A DNA stretch of 64,000 nt. Origin: a virus. The translations under genes were made by a program, and so were the position numbers. A model generated the notes under the pieces. The model was given only the letters and a program-made list of their open reading frames with translations, was not told the origin of the DNA and ran no database searches. Below, in pieces: positions 1 to 9,817 of this stretch (positions are counted from its first letter, which is position 1; the number at the start of each line of letters is the position of its first letter). The stretch spans positions 1-64,000 of IMG/VR virus record IMGVR_UViG_2077657010_000001. One strand, given 5' to 3'.

Positions 1-1
1 C

Positions 2-451
2 GATGGTGTGGTTAATATATCGACCATCGACCGTGGGTCAGAGCACCACTACGCACCCAAGAAGCGGTTCTACAGCATACCGACGATCAAAGTGTGCGGA
101 AAATCTGTAAAAACTAACATCCTCTCGATTAATATGCCAATTAACCCTGACCATTATTACGTGCTCATTGCAGTGGTTAATTCACGTGGTCAAATTGCAC
201 ATATTGTTGCGGAATCTAAATCACTGGTTCGAGCAGCGACGGTCAATGCACAAATAAAGCGTATTGGACTTATCTACCTAGAGGATAACTTCCATGCTTT
301 GCACCATATCAGTGAGAAAGACTTACGGTTGGAGCGTGCACAACCTAACGTGCCGAAACTATTATTAGATGTATCTCGTAATCGAATGTTCCCCTTAGGT
401 GGCTTCGATTTAAATACTTCTATGTTTCTATGGCGTAAAAAACCAAACTAA
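2..451 (+). CDS. Hypothetical protein, probably 5'-truncated by the window
   Basis: Frame is open back to the window edge; no recognisable motif. Confidence 0.6.
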   Translation, partial: DGVVNISTIDRGSEHHYAPKKRFYSIPTIKVCGKSVKTNILSINMPINPDHYYVLIAVVNSRGQIAHIVAESKSLVRAATVNAQIKRIGLIYLEDNFHALHHISEKDLRLERAQPNVPKLLLDVSRNRMFPLGGFDLNTSMFLWRKKPN

Positions 452-468
452 TAAAAGGAAAATATCTA

Positions 469-1323
469 ATGGTACAATTCAATTATGACAGTGGTGTTAA
501 GAAAGCGATTCAGGCAGCATCAGAACTTTACGGTGATATGTTGACTGAGGCCATCATTGAAATCGACAATATTAACCGTTCTGTGGGTAACGAATTAGGT
601 GAGGGTGAGTTGGCAAAGATCGGTTTGCACGCGCAAAGTAAGTTGATGAATAGTGAAATACTGGAAGCGTGGACATCCATCTTAGCGGGGCCTGACAACA
701 CACGCGATGATATCGCAGACATGTTATTTGTTGCAGCAGGTTACCTTGCACGCTATAGCCGCGACATCAGTGTGGCTGTCGAAGTGGGTTCTTGGCTATT
801 GAACGAGTGTATCGAACGGGTACTCATTGACGCTTCGGTACTTGATGGTGGAAGTTGCAAATATAGTAGACTGGCAGCAATATCTCACCTATCTGACTTT
901 GTAGCGCATTACCATGACGATTACATAATTCCATATGAGGATGAGTATAATGTCATGATGACTACAACACGTAATATGATGGTAGAGCTAATCTACAGTA
1001 TTTTGAACTATGCATGTGCTGAAGTAGAAGATATCACTGAACGCGAAATGATCATCGACCGTACCGTCAGCGATCTCAATAAAGTCATTGAGTCTAACAA
1101 AACAAAGTTCTGTAAGACGGCTGATGAAGCTAACGCCACCATCCGCAAATATGAGAAGCTGGGTGTGACTACCCATGCCGAAGAAAGCTCTCTTGGGTAT
1201 GTCATCAAAAGCTCTGTAACCGTTACAGGCAAAGACGGTAAACAGTACCCTGAAGGCAAGTGGTTAAAAGGTATCAACTTTGTTGATGCTGAATTCGATG
1301 TCCGTGATGGCGAAAAATATTAA
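469..1323 (+). CDS. MazG-like / PRA-PH-type all-alpha NTP pyrophosphohydrolase
   Basis: SEILEA...DDIADMLFV acidic helix motif, V..SNKTK motif and C-terminal GKWLKG..F typical of phage NTP-PPases; SD AAGGA. Confidence 0.65.
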   Translation: MVQFNYDSGVKKAIQAASELYGDMLTEAIIEIDNINRSVGNELGEGELAKIGLHAQSKLMNSEILEAWTSILAGPDNTRDDIADMLFVAAGYLARYSRDISVAVEVGSWLLNECIERVLIDASVLDGGSCKYSRLAAISHLSDFVAHYHDDYIIPYEDEYNVMMTTTRNMMVELIYSILNYACAEVEDITEREMIIDRTVSDLNKVIESNKTKFCKTADEANATIRKYEKLGVTTHAEESSLGYVIKSSVTVTGKDGKQYPEGKWLKGINFVDAEFDVRDGEKY

Positions 1324-1340
1324 TAATTGGAGTTTAAGTT

Positions 1341-1613
1341 ATGTCTAAATTAAGCGCATGGGTTAAGTGCACCCCTAAAGCACGTCAAGATATCACTGCA
1401 ATCGAAGGTGGTGTCGAAGTAGTGGTACACAAGCAAGGTGACTTGTTAGAAGATAAAGCCACTTACACGGGCCCGTTCCCACGCGGCCATGCTAATGAAT
1501 GGGTGGCACATGCCAATGCATCTTATGGCAACGATGTCCATGCCTGGGATGTTATTAGCGAGAATGACATCCCTGAAGATGTTGAGTCTACGCGTATCGT
1601 AGAGCAGTGTTAA
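1341..1613 (+). CDS. Hypothetical protein
   Basis: SD GGAG upstream, terminator downstream. Confidence 0.7.
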   Translation: MSKLSAWVKCTPKARQDITAIEGGVEVVVHKQGDLLEDKATYTGPFPRGHANEWVAHANASYGNDVHAWDVISENDIPEDVESTRIVEQC

Positions 1614-1622
1614 ATAATTAAC

Positions 1623-1650
1623 AGGAGGGTGATTCACCCTCCTTTTTTTT
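1623..1650 (+). terminator. Intrinsic terminator
   Basis: AGGAGGGTG-ATT-CACCCTCCT followed by T-tract. Confidence 0.85.
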
Positions 1651-1670
1651 GTCTTTATGGAGTAGTATAG

Positions 1671-3245
1671 ATGGATTACAAACTCAATCAAAAGGTTCTT
1701 TTTGCTAAACAGTTATCACAAGCAATTAATGTGCCTTTAAAAGCCAATGAGTTCACCTACCGGAATGTGGAAAGCACACATAACCGATATGGATTCACAT
1801 TACCTGAAGTTAAATCTACTGGGTATATTTCAGAATGTCCGCATGCGGCATACATTCAACCGCCAAATTGGAGTCACCGTGATCATTGTGAATTCATAGC
1901 ACGTGAAGTGTACGATATAAAAAGCCCTTATATTACAATCCACTCAAAGTCTGATAACTACGCACATATTTATGTGGATGGGGTAGAGGTAGACTATACG
2001 GATAGGTATGATCAGGTGTTTACACACCACATGAATATCGAACCTGGTGAGCATGTCTTTACGTTTTATTCTAAAGAAGATACAGGCGGAGCAGGGTTAG
2101 CGTTTGCGATAAAAGATGGCGACACATGGCACTATTCATCAAAGAACACTAAATTAAAAGATGTGACCGATTGGCCTGAGAAAGAATACTTGGAATATTC
2201 ACTCGACACCAGCGTTGAAGTAGACGTTACCGTCTCTCCCTCTGAAGTTTACGGTGACTACGTAGAATTCGATTACCAACGTGTTCCCGTCGAACAAGTA
2301 TTCGGCCTGCTGGATGCAGATGACGCTAAAGGCGTGCAGTTACCTTATGATATTTCCAACATCAGTATGCTATCAGATACCATCGACAATTTTGAGCAAG
2401 TCTTTAATCAGTGGTATCGATTCAGTCACAATGCCAGTGGTAACTATCCCGCAAATAGCAGTGAGTTAGATGCATGGGTATATGAGCCTGAGTATGACTG
2501 CATTCGCTCTACCGTCAACTCCAACACATTCGTTGGGTTCATCTCTGATAAGAAGTCTGATAATTATACCTTTAGCACCATTGTCAGTTCGAATAATGGG
2601 GATGATGATACGATCGCTATTAACCTTGCCGCCCATGTCCAAGGTGAATATGATGATAAAGAGCATACACTCGCAGTTATCTGTAGTCGGGGTGGTACGG
2701 GCCAGTTTGTTCGTGTCCATTGTGACTATCTACAGGTAGGTCAAACAGCGATACGTGTACTTGATTCGGATTCTGCCGAGGCCAACAATAACCCCGGTTG
2801 GCAGCCTTGGTATGCCCACATCCATGCAGTAAGAGATGGCGATCTCATCGATGTGTATGTGAAAATGTTCAGCATGCCCGACGGTGACCGGGACACTGAA
2901 CTAAAAGGTGTGGTGGATGAACGCAGTGAGCTCTCCGAAAACGATATGATTGCCGAAGGGTATCTATATACCACTATCAACCTTGCTGAAGACGCTCCAA
3001 TGTTCCAAGGCCCATCGAGGTATGGTTATGGCCAATTCTCACAATCCAATGCACGTTTTTGGAACATCCGTCGACCCAACGATGCGCCGGAAGTAACAAA
3101 ATCTCTAGTGGATTGGTTTAAAACACACTACGGGTTTAACATTACCGGTGGTGGGACCAATGTCGAAAACTTAGGCGCAAACAGGTTTAAGATTAATTTC
3201 GATAGTCTCGTCTACAAAGGCAGTTTAGAGCTTATCCCACAATAG
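1671..3245 (+). CDS. Putative virion structural protein with jelly-roll and thrombospondin C-terminal-like (L-lectin) inserts
   Basis: Shares a ~230-aa domain with fibres 20245-25347 and 29229-34388 (FEQVFNQW.R.SH...NS..FVGF...DDD...SQ.N...NI.RP); FDYQR and DSLVYKGSL resemble jumbo-phage structural repeats. Confidence 0.65.
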   Translation: MDYKLNQKVLFAKQLSQAINVPLKANEFTYRNVESTHNRYGFTLPEVKSTGYISECPHAAYIQPPNWSHRDHCEFIAREVYDIKSPYITIHSKSDNYAHIYVDGVEVDYTDRYDQVFTHHMNIEPGEHVFTFYSKEDTGGAGLAFAIKDGDTWHYSSKNTKLKDVTDWPEKEYLEYSLDTSVEVDVTVSPSEVYGDYVEFDYQRVPVEQVFGLLDADDAKGVQLPYDISNISMLSDTIDNFEQVFNQWYRFSHNASGNYPANSSELDAWVYEPEYDCIRSTVNSNTFVGFISDKKSDNYTFSTIVSSNNGDDDTIAINLAAHVQGEYDDKEHTLAVICSRGGTGQFVRVHCDYLQVGQTAIRVLDSDSAEANNNPGWQPWYAHIHAVRDGDLIDVYVKMFSMPDGDRDTELKGVVDERSELSENDMIAEGYLYTTINLAEDAPMFQGPSRYGYGQFSQSNARFWNIRRPNDAPEVTKSLVDWFKTHYGFNITGGGTNVENLGANRFKINFDSLVYKGSLELIPQ

Positions 3246-3261
3246 GGGGCATATTACGATT

Positions 3262-3294
3262 AAGGCAGTGGGCTACGGCCTACTGTCTTTTTTT
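3262..3294 (+). terminator. Intrinsic terminator
   Basis: GGCAGTGGGC-TACG-GCCTACTGTC hairpin plus T7. Confidence 0.8.
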
Positions 3295-3494
3295 ATGTGT
3301 CTATTGATACTTTGTAGTAACCATTAACTTATTTTGAATATTAACGATGCCATTGATGTGGTTGTGGGGACTGAGCAAAACATCGGTAAGCGTTACAGTG
3401 ACGTTCCAGTCAATAATGTTGAGCCATTAGGTGAGTTACCATTCACACCTTACGAGGAAGAGAATAAGCAAGCGTAGTGGTACTCAACTTACAC

Positions 3495-3516
3495 TTAGAC
3501 ATATATCATTAAGGTG
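3495..3516 (+). promoter_or_regulatory. Putative phage early promoter, copy 1 of 6
   Basis: TTAGACATATATCATTAAGGTG fits the TYRGRYATATATCAY-N5-TG consensus seen at six gene-boundary sites. Confidence 0.7.
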
Positions 3517-3566
3517 CAGTTAACACATACTGCACCTATACTTATTATTGTTCGAGGACTATTTAG

Positions 3567-5243
3567 ATGGAAAATTACAAAGGGCTTTCTAAAGCAATTA
3601 ACGATTACATTCAAATGCACATGGAAGATGGTGCAAAGTTGTTTGACTTGGCAACCGATTGGTCTTACGATAATCTGATTGCTAAGATTGATCGCGAGGA
3701 ACGCGAGTACTACGATTGCAGTCATTGCCGTCGCATCATCGATACCATTATCAATGTTGGGGCAATTGATGCTGGTGGGAACATTTCCCCGCTGATGCGG
3801 GATGAAGATTTCATTGCAGGACTTACGGAGGCGTTGCCTATTACTCGTGAAGATATCCGTAAGGAGTATGAACGTGTGTGGCCTGAAGATAACGTTGTTG
3901 GGGTGCGTGGGATTCATGTCAAACTTTTTGATCAGTCGCAAACACGGTTGACTTATAAAGGCGTATTTACCAAACCGACGACCAAGTCACTTAACGGGTT
4001 GGTCTATCCACATATTCATGTAAAACCAAATAAGCGTGTCTCAGACCTGACGACTGTCCCAAACCATCGTTTATTTCACGATGTCAAACAGTCACTTTCA
4101 GCTTTGTCGCGTCGTTACAATAGCATGGAAAGTCTTAAACGTAATCTGGAAGAGTGTTATCGGGCATTCAAAGGTGAGCGTTTTGCCAGTCGGGCTCATA
4201 CCCATACGCTGTCGCGACTTGATGGTCATTTGGGACGCAATTTAGGTAGCCCCCTAAGTTTACTTGCGGCGATTATCATTGCTGGTAACGATGCGCATGC
4301 TGTCATTCACTTTAATAGCAGTGCTGTGGGCGCGTTGGTATTTGATACGAAGAAGTTTGGCTACGACTCTGCCATTGATAAATATGCAGAGCGTACCAAT
4401 ATTGTAAACTACCGTTGTAAAGATCCATCACGGTTAATCAGTGCGGAACGGTCTGAAGAAGTCGCAAAGGCGCTCAAGCCATATGAGAATGTATTCAAAC
4501 GTCGTTATGCGACGCGTGAGGACATTGCCCCTATTTGGGAAGCTGCTAAGGGTGATGATAGTGATGCTTCGCCCTCACCCCTTGACCACCTTAATGATAT
4601 CGTGAAAGATAAGCCTGAAGCTAAAAAGGATATTTATCCAAGTACACCAAAACGCATTTCAACCGAACGTTTTGTATTGGAAATATTGCCGAAGGCTAAA
4701 GAACTCTACGCATACATTGACGGTGCTAACCATCCATACATGGATTTCCGTGCAGGATTCGGCGTCTTATCTGTACCTACTTCAGAGGATGTTAATAACA
4801 TCTTCAGATGGTCAGATGAATCTGCCGCTAAGGCAAACCACGTTGTCTCCGCTTTCCCAAATGGTCGAAATGGGTTCGCGTCAAGTCGTGGGTTGGAAGC
4901 CACCATAGTCAATGGCATGTCTACATTGAAAGTTGATGTGGTTGTTAACCCACCTTGGTGCTCCCACCAAGATGACATTCATGATGGTTACTTGAAATCT
5001 ACTGTTTGGTTAGGCTTTATGGGCGAATTTCAGGGAACTGCCTTAGACATGCCTGCAATTGGCGGTTTTGTCAAACCTGAGCTATACACCTATCGGGGTG
5101 AAATTGATCACATTGCTTCTAAAGTAGAAGTCGCAAACCCAGGTGAACCTGCTTGCAGTGTTCTACAAATCAACGGGGCTACATTATTTGTAAAAACCGA
5201 TGAAGGTAATTACAACCTTACTATTGATGATGACATCTATTGA
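3567..5243 (+). CDS. Phage hypothetical protein with N-terminal CxxC
   Basis: 558-aa ORF, SD GAGGA, YYDCSHCRR motif; first gene after the promoter. Confidence 0.8.
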   Translation: MENYKGLSKAINDYIQMHMEDGAKLFDLATDWSYDNLIAKIDREEREYYDCSHCRRIIDTIINVGAIDAGGNISPLMRDEDFIAGLTEALPITREDIRKEYERVWPEDNVVGVRGIHVKLFDQSQTRLTYKGVFTKPTTKSLNGLVYPHIHVKPNKRVSDLTTVPNHRLFHDVKQSLSALSRRYNSMESLKRNLEECYRAFKGERFASRAHTHTLSRLDGHLGRNLGSPLSLLAAIIIAGNDAHAVIHFNSSAVGALVFDTKKFGYDSAIDKYAERTNIVNYRCKDPSRLISAERSEEVAKALKPYENVFKRRYATREDIAPIWEAAKGDDSDASPSPLDHLNDIVKDKPEAKKDIYPSTPKRISTERFVLEILPKAKELYAYIDGANHPYMDFRAGFGVLSVPTSEDVNNIFRWSDESAAKANHVVSAFPNGRNGFASSRGLEATIVNGMSTLKVDVVVNPPWCSHQDDIHDGYLKSTVWLGFMGEFQGTALDMPAIGGFVKPELYTYRGEIDHIASKVEVANPGEPACSVLQINGATLFVKTDEGNYNLTIDDDIY

Positions 5244-5310
5244 TAGTGTGATTATACAGTGCTAATCGGGGGTGCGTACACCCCCATTTATAAATTGGAG
5301 TATTATTAAA

Positions 5311-5802
5311 ATGGCAAGTGAAAAGTATATTGAAGTACGTACACATTTCTTCGATTATTTCAAAACCCATAACACATTCATGGGTGTACATGTTTTGACG
5401 ATTCCCGACCACTTGAAGAACACGAAGAAAGAGTGGCTTATCATCGAAGACATGTTTAAGTCTCTTGTGCCTTCTGCTAAAGAAGACAAGCTGCAGTACA
5501 TGGTTGATGAGGAGTTAATCATTGTTTTTAACCGCAATGATGCTGACCTATTGGAAATGATCAACCAGCATGGTACGTTTGCAGCCACAACCTATGGCGG
5601 CCCATACTGCGATTTAGGTGAAAACTTATTACCATACAGCCCAGAACTATTTGGCCCTGTCGGTACCGTTGACATTGGCATTGTACCAGAACCGACTGAG
5701 GTTAACAATAACAACATTACTTTATTCTGGGATAACGAATACGAGACCGCTACCCTGTACATTGACAATAATGTTGCAGTCACGTTCTTTAAGCCCGAAT
5801 AG
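5311..5802 (+). CDS. Hypothetical protein
   Basis: ATG 5311 after SD GGAG. Confidence 0.7.
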   Translation: MASEKYIEVRTHFFDYFKTHNTFMGVHVLTIPDHLKNTKKEWLIIEDMFKSLVPSAKEDKLQYMVDEELIIVFNRNDADLLEMINQHGTFAATTYGGPYCDLGENLLPYSPELFGPVGTVDIGIVPEPTEVNNNNITLFWDNEYETATLYIDNNVAVTFFKPE

Positions 5803-5847
5803 AGCATAACGGTGGGGTATCGCCCCACCTACTTATAGAGGTATTAC

Positions 5848-6189
5848 ATGCGAATTGTGGACTTCATTAGAATTGCAAGGATGCATGTAAATATAAGTGA
5901 TGGGAAAATTGTCTATGTTGTCAACATACTGGATAGTCAAGGTGATTCCCTCCTCATACAGAAAAAGGATGGTGGGAGCTGTTACATCAATCTCCAACTA
6001 TTTGGAGATGTTGAGGGTCGGGCGGGTCACAATACCGTGGCGTATATAAAACATGGGCCAGTTAATCGAATTAAATTATTCCCCGCTAAACATGCAAAAT
6101 TATACATCGCTTCTAAAGGTAGGTTTAATGTAAACCACATACCTTATGATATGGCGGAAGAGATGAGGTGGTTATATGACCTCAGCTAA
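5848..6189 (+). CDS. Hypothetical protein
   Basis: SD GAGG; packed in + strand cluster. Confidence 0.65.
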   Translation: MRIVDFIRIARMHVNISDGKIVYVVNILDSQGDSLLIQKKDGGSCYINLQLFGDVEGRAGHNTVAYIKHGPVNRIKLFPAKHAKLYIASKGRFNVNHIPYDMAEEMRWLYDLS

Positions 6190-6207
6190 TTATTGTGGAG
6201 AAACACT

Positions 6208-6837
6208 ATGAGCGACCTTACGGTCAAGGTTAAACATTTCGATGCGTCACGTGCCCGGTCAGTCGTCGCCGACTGGGTAATGTTGTTACACGTCATTCGA
6301 CGAGGCGGTGTTGGGTTACGTGCAATTGTTATCCCTTATGATGATACACCCGTACTCGCAACCTCAGTCATTACCTCAATCAACATGAGTGAGGCAAGTT
6401 TAGATGTGTCAACGTCACCTTATGTACAACATGTCATGGGGCTTACATTATCCGTGTTCGGTGAGCATACCATTGTAGTGCACTACATGGATGAGGAAGA
6501 TCCGTTACTGGTTGTAGATGTGGGCTGGGGAGACTGGATGCCTGCGCATGACAAGGATTTAAACCTATACACCATATTGCAGTTCCAAATGGATAATGCA
6601 CAACTTCGGCATTTTGTATGCGATTGCTTTGTTGCGGCACAGATGCTGTACAGTAATTACATCCTCAATGGGTCGGATGGTGCTATACATTTGACGGAAA
6701 ACTTTGAAGATATTTTCGCTGACTATGGAATTGCCAAAGGGGAGTGTCAGGAGAGTCTTTGTTCTAATTTTGTTCGGTGGGAACAAGCCTTTAAAGATTC
6801 AGCGCGTTGGGAGAAACCACTAGATGACGGACAGTAA
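6208..6837 (+). CDS. Hypothetical protein
   Basis: ATG 6208 after GGAG. Confidence 0.7.
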   Translation: MSDLTVKVKHFDASRARSVVADWVMLLHVIRRGGVGLRAIVIPYDDTPVLATSVITSINMSEASLDVSTSPYVQHVMGLTLSVFGEHTIVVHYMDEEDPLLVVDVGWGDWMPAHDKDLNLYTILQFQMDNAQLRHFVCDCFVAAQMLYSNYILNGSDGAIHLTENFEDIFADYGIAKGECQESLCSNFVRWEQAFKDSARWEKPLDDGQ

Positions 6838-7588
6838 TCTTTTAATGCCTAACTATGTACTCTTCAAAGAGAACACACAGGCGGTAAGAGAGCATGGATG
6901 TGAGGTGAGCCGTAAGCGTAAAGTGTTTCATGGTACGCGCACCATTACAGAAAGTGACTTGACAAAGGTCTTAGGGGAAGACCCATTTACCTTATTAGGG
7001 ATCAATAATACGAAAGCCTGGTTAGAGTACGCTAACTTGCTCTATCTTGATGAGGATTTTACACTAAGGTCGGTATTCTTCCGAAATGTGGAAGGCGTGT
7101 CTGACACGGCACATAGATTTTTTAACGTACTCGCAGATATTGTGGAGCAAGGTGATATCGCTGAGCACATTCAATTTGAGATGCGAACACCATTCCCCGG
7201 CTCTTCTCATATTAAATGGACGTTAGTCACCAATGAAGTCGGTGTCCTTTTTGAGATAACGAACCAAGAAGTAGAACCACTCCATGCCGTATATCGATTC
7301 GACCAGCTAGTTGAAGAAGTGAGTACACTACTACAACATTGTGGGTCGTGGGATAACTGCTCCATGCGGTGTGGTTTCTTATCAGACGTGGCAGAGAATG
7401 ATGATGAAAGTGTAATGAGCTATCATTACAAGTTTTGTTCCATCTTGGCTAACTTGGTTTTCCATCAAGAACTCTTACTTGAAAAGTCTATTTCCCCACA
7501 ACTTGTTTGTGCTTATGTCTGGTCTAAGTACCCAGAACGTATTGGCTCTATCATCGCTGTTAACTCAGAACTAACTAAGGATAAATAA
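6824..7588 (+). CDS. Hypothetical protein
   Basis: 254-aa ORF with short overlap on the upstream gene. Confidence 0.7.
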   Translation: MTDSNLLMPNYVLFKENTQAVREHGCEVSRKRKVFHGTRTITESDLTKVLGEDPFTLLGINNTKAWLEYANLLYLDEDFTLRSVFFRNVEGVSDTAHRFFNVLADIVEQGDIAEHIQFEMRTPFPGSSHIKWTLVTNEVGVLFEITNQEVEPLHAVYRFDQLVEEVSTLLQHCGSWDNCSMRCGFLSDVAENDDESVMSYHYKFCSILANLVFHQELLLEKSISPQLVCAYVWSKYPERIGSIIAVNSELTKDK

Positions 7589-7590
7589 TA

Positions 7591-8412
7591 ATGCAATTTG
7601 TAGATTTTGATATTGAAAACCACCTAAACACAATGACCGTTGAAGCCATTGAAAGTTTCGGTGGACATGTCGCCGTATCAGAAGCACTGAATGAAGTATT
7701 CAATGAAGCCAATGATAAGTCGGCATTTTTGAACAACATCCATCCAGACTTAAGCGATTTACTGTCTGACCGTAATGTTCAAATCATCAACCGTGAACGT
7801 TACAATGAAGTGTGTGAAGCGCTATCATTGCCAGCAATCCCTAAAGAGGCCGTCTTTGGTGGTAGCTTTGACGAAACCACTAACTTCTACGGTGTGAATA
7901 TCGAGAAGTTCCTGAATCTGTCACGTGATGGGGAAGGTAACTACACGACCGCAGGTGGTATCTATGGTATCTATTTGTTTGTAGTGGCCACCACACATAT
8001 CGACAACATGGTCAATGCCAACCTCACCCACAGTGATGATGGCATCTATTGGTATGATGAGTTATATCACGTTGAAGAATGTAAGCAACACTTTAACGAT
8101 GCGGCAATGAGTCCGGATGTCGAAGACTTCAACGATGCTGACCGTTATCATTACGCTAACTGCATGGCACACCCTTGGGAAATGGATGCGGTGATGCGTG
8201 GTACCATTTTCCTTAATACGGTATATGGTATTCCTGTTTCTGATGTTAACCAAATGTTGATGAAGGTGTGGGAAGGTCAACTACTCAAACTGGCAAAAGA
8301 TAATACCTATGCGGGCACACTGCGTCGCAATGTGGGCGTGGTTGATGCTGGGAGTGCGCCGGGTGAAGTGAAGAAGTGGATCCGAGAGGCAAAACGTTCA
8401 TTGGTAGATTAA
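7591..8412 (+). CDS. Hypothetical protein; possible degenerate zincin-like metallopeptidase
   Basis: HPWEMDA motif; VATTH where HExxH would be expected; SD AAGGA. Confidence 0.55.
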   Translation: MQFVDFDIENHLNTMTVEAIESFGGHVAVSEALNEVFNEANDKSAFLNNIHPDLSDLLSDRNVQIINRERYNEVCEALSLPAIPKEAVFGGSFDETTNFYGVNIEKFLNLSRDGEGNYTTAGGIYGIYLFVVATTHIDNMVNANLTHSDDGIYWYDELYHVEECKQHFNDAAMSPDVEDFNDADRYHYANCMAHPWEMDAVMRGTIFLNTVYGIPVSDVNQMLMKVWEGQLLKLAKDNTYAGTLRRNVGVVDAGSAPGEVKKWIREAKRSLVD

Positions 8413-8414
8413 TC

Positions 8415-8837
8415 ATGTCTAGTCTAACTTTGAAGTTCAATCTTAATAATGGACTTAAGTTCAGTACTCCTATACCGAATATTAATGGGTCTCTTCGCGA
8501 GACCCTAATAACTATCTTCGGAAAACAAGTAGGGGATAGAGTTTACTCAGACTTAACTGAGGGGACGTACTATTGGATATGTGATGATGACTCTCATGTC
8601 AAAGTCATCCTTAAAAAGCTCAAAGCGCATGCTGAGATACGCAGTATTATTGCAAACATAGAGCGTACGATACTTGCTACTGTAGGTATCCACGAACCCT
8701 TAGAGCATCTATCATATAGTAAAGAACCTTTACACCTTATTATTGAGCATGGTGATTGTACTGCAGGCAATTACCATATTACTCGCAACTACACGATACC
8801 CTGCGATACACATTATCGGAGTCATTATGGAGTTTAA
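8415..8837 (+). CDS. Hypothetical protein
   Basis: ATG 2 nt after the upstream stop. Confidence 0.6.
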   Translation: MSSLTLKFNLNNGLKFSTPIPNINGSLRETLITIFGKQVGDRVYSDLTEGTYYWICDDDSHVKVILKKLKAHAEIRSIIANIERTILATVGIHEPLEHLSYSKEPLHLIIEHGDCTAGNYHITRNYTIPCDTHYRSHYGV

Positions 8838-9234
8838 TACACAGACCTATCTCACCAAAGCCGGTGAGGATAGTTACAACATCACTACGATTCAAAAAGG
8901 GGGTGGTCAAGAGTACATATTGTCTGTCTCCAAAAATAAACGTATGGTGATATTCAAAGAAAGTTTTCCTGAAGAGTATCACTACTTGAAAGACGATGAG
9001 CTAAAAGCCATCTACATGAAACGAGTAGGTGGATTCGAAGGTAAATTATTCGTACGCCACATGGTAACAGCAAAAATGGAATTGGGTAAGACCATCACCA
9101 TTTCAATGGTAACGACTGATAGTGCGGCTAAGTACCAATCCGATGACCCTAAACTGTACGGCTTCATCTTCGACCCATTTAAACGTACTGACCACAAGCG
9201 ACGGATGATTAGACCTGGACGTCTTTACGCTTGA
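8827..9234 (+). CDS. Hypothetical protein
   Basis: ATG 8827 after GGAG. Confidence 0.65.
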   Translation: MEFNTQTYLTKAGEDSYNITTIQKGGGQEYILSVSKNKRMVIFKESFPEEYHYLKDDELKAIYMKRVGGFEGKLFVRHMVTAKMELGKTITISMVTTDSAAKYQSDDPKLYGFIFDPFKRTDHKRRMIRPGRLYA

Positions 9235-9265
9235 TTAGTACATCTATTATATATGGAGGTAACCT

Positions 9266-9679
9266 ATGTTAGTGGAACAAATTGAACGTGCTGAAAAGGT
9301 TGTAGAAGAACACTATGACCGATTATGTACACTTAATGATGACAGTGCACCTGTCAAGTTCGTCGTCCATTCACAAGTAGGTGATGACGGCGCAGGGAAA
9401 GTAACATACCGTTGCATTCTAGAGAATATCGTCATCATCACACATTACATTATTGGCGATGGGGCCTATGCATTGCAAAGTGGTTGTGTGTTAGGTAACA
9501 ATGGCCGAGATGCCTCTAATTTCACATGGGAGTGGGGGTATGATGGTCCAAGCATTGAGTTTGAAAAACACACACCTATCCGTCGTTATGATGGGTATCG
9601 TGACATCCATAATGCGTTACACAATTTCATTGTCGCATTGAATGACAAGATTATTACTGATGAAGTTGCTGTAGCGTAA
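9266..9679 (+). CDS. Hypothetical protein
   Basis: SD GGAGG; terminator follows. Confidence 0.75.
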   Translation: MLVEQIERAEKVVEEHYDRLCTLNDDSAPVKFVVHSQVGDDGAGKVTYRCILENIVIITHYIIGDGAYALQSGCVLGNNGRDASNFTWEWGYDGPSIEFEKHTPIRRYDGYRDIHNALHNFIVALNDKIITDEVAVA

Positions 9680-9684
9680 ATAGA

Positions 9685-9714
9685 TTGGGGAGTGTATTCT
9701 CCCCAACTTTTTTT
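9685..9714 (+). terminator. Intrinsic terminator
   Basis: TTGGGGAG...CTCCCCAA plus T7. Confidence 0.85.
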
Positions 9715-9817
9715 ATTTGTCTGATACCAATATTACTAAGGTTTTAAACTATTTTAATACGTTGGCCTAGAATCATGTGATGGAAACCATCGCATTTATT
9801 TTATAAGAGAATCCAAC

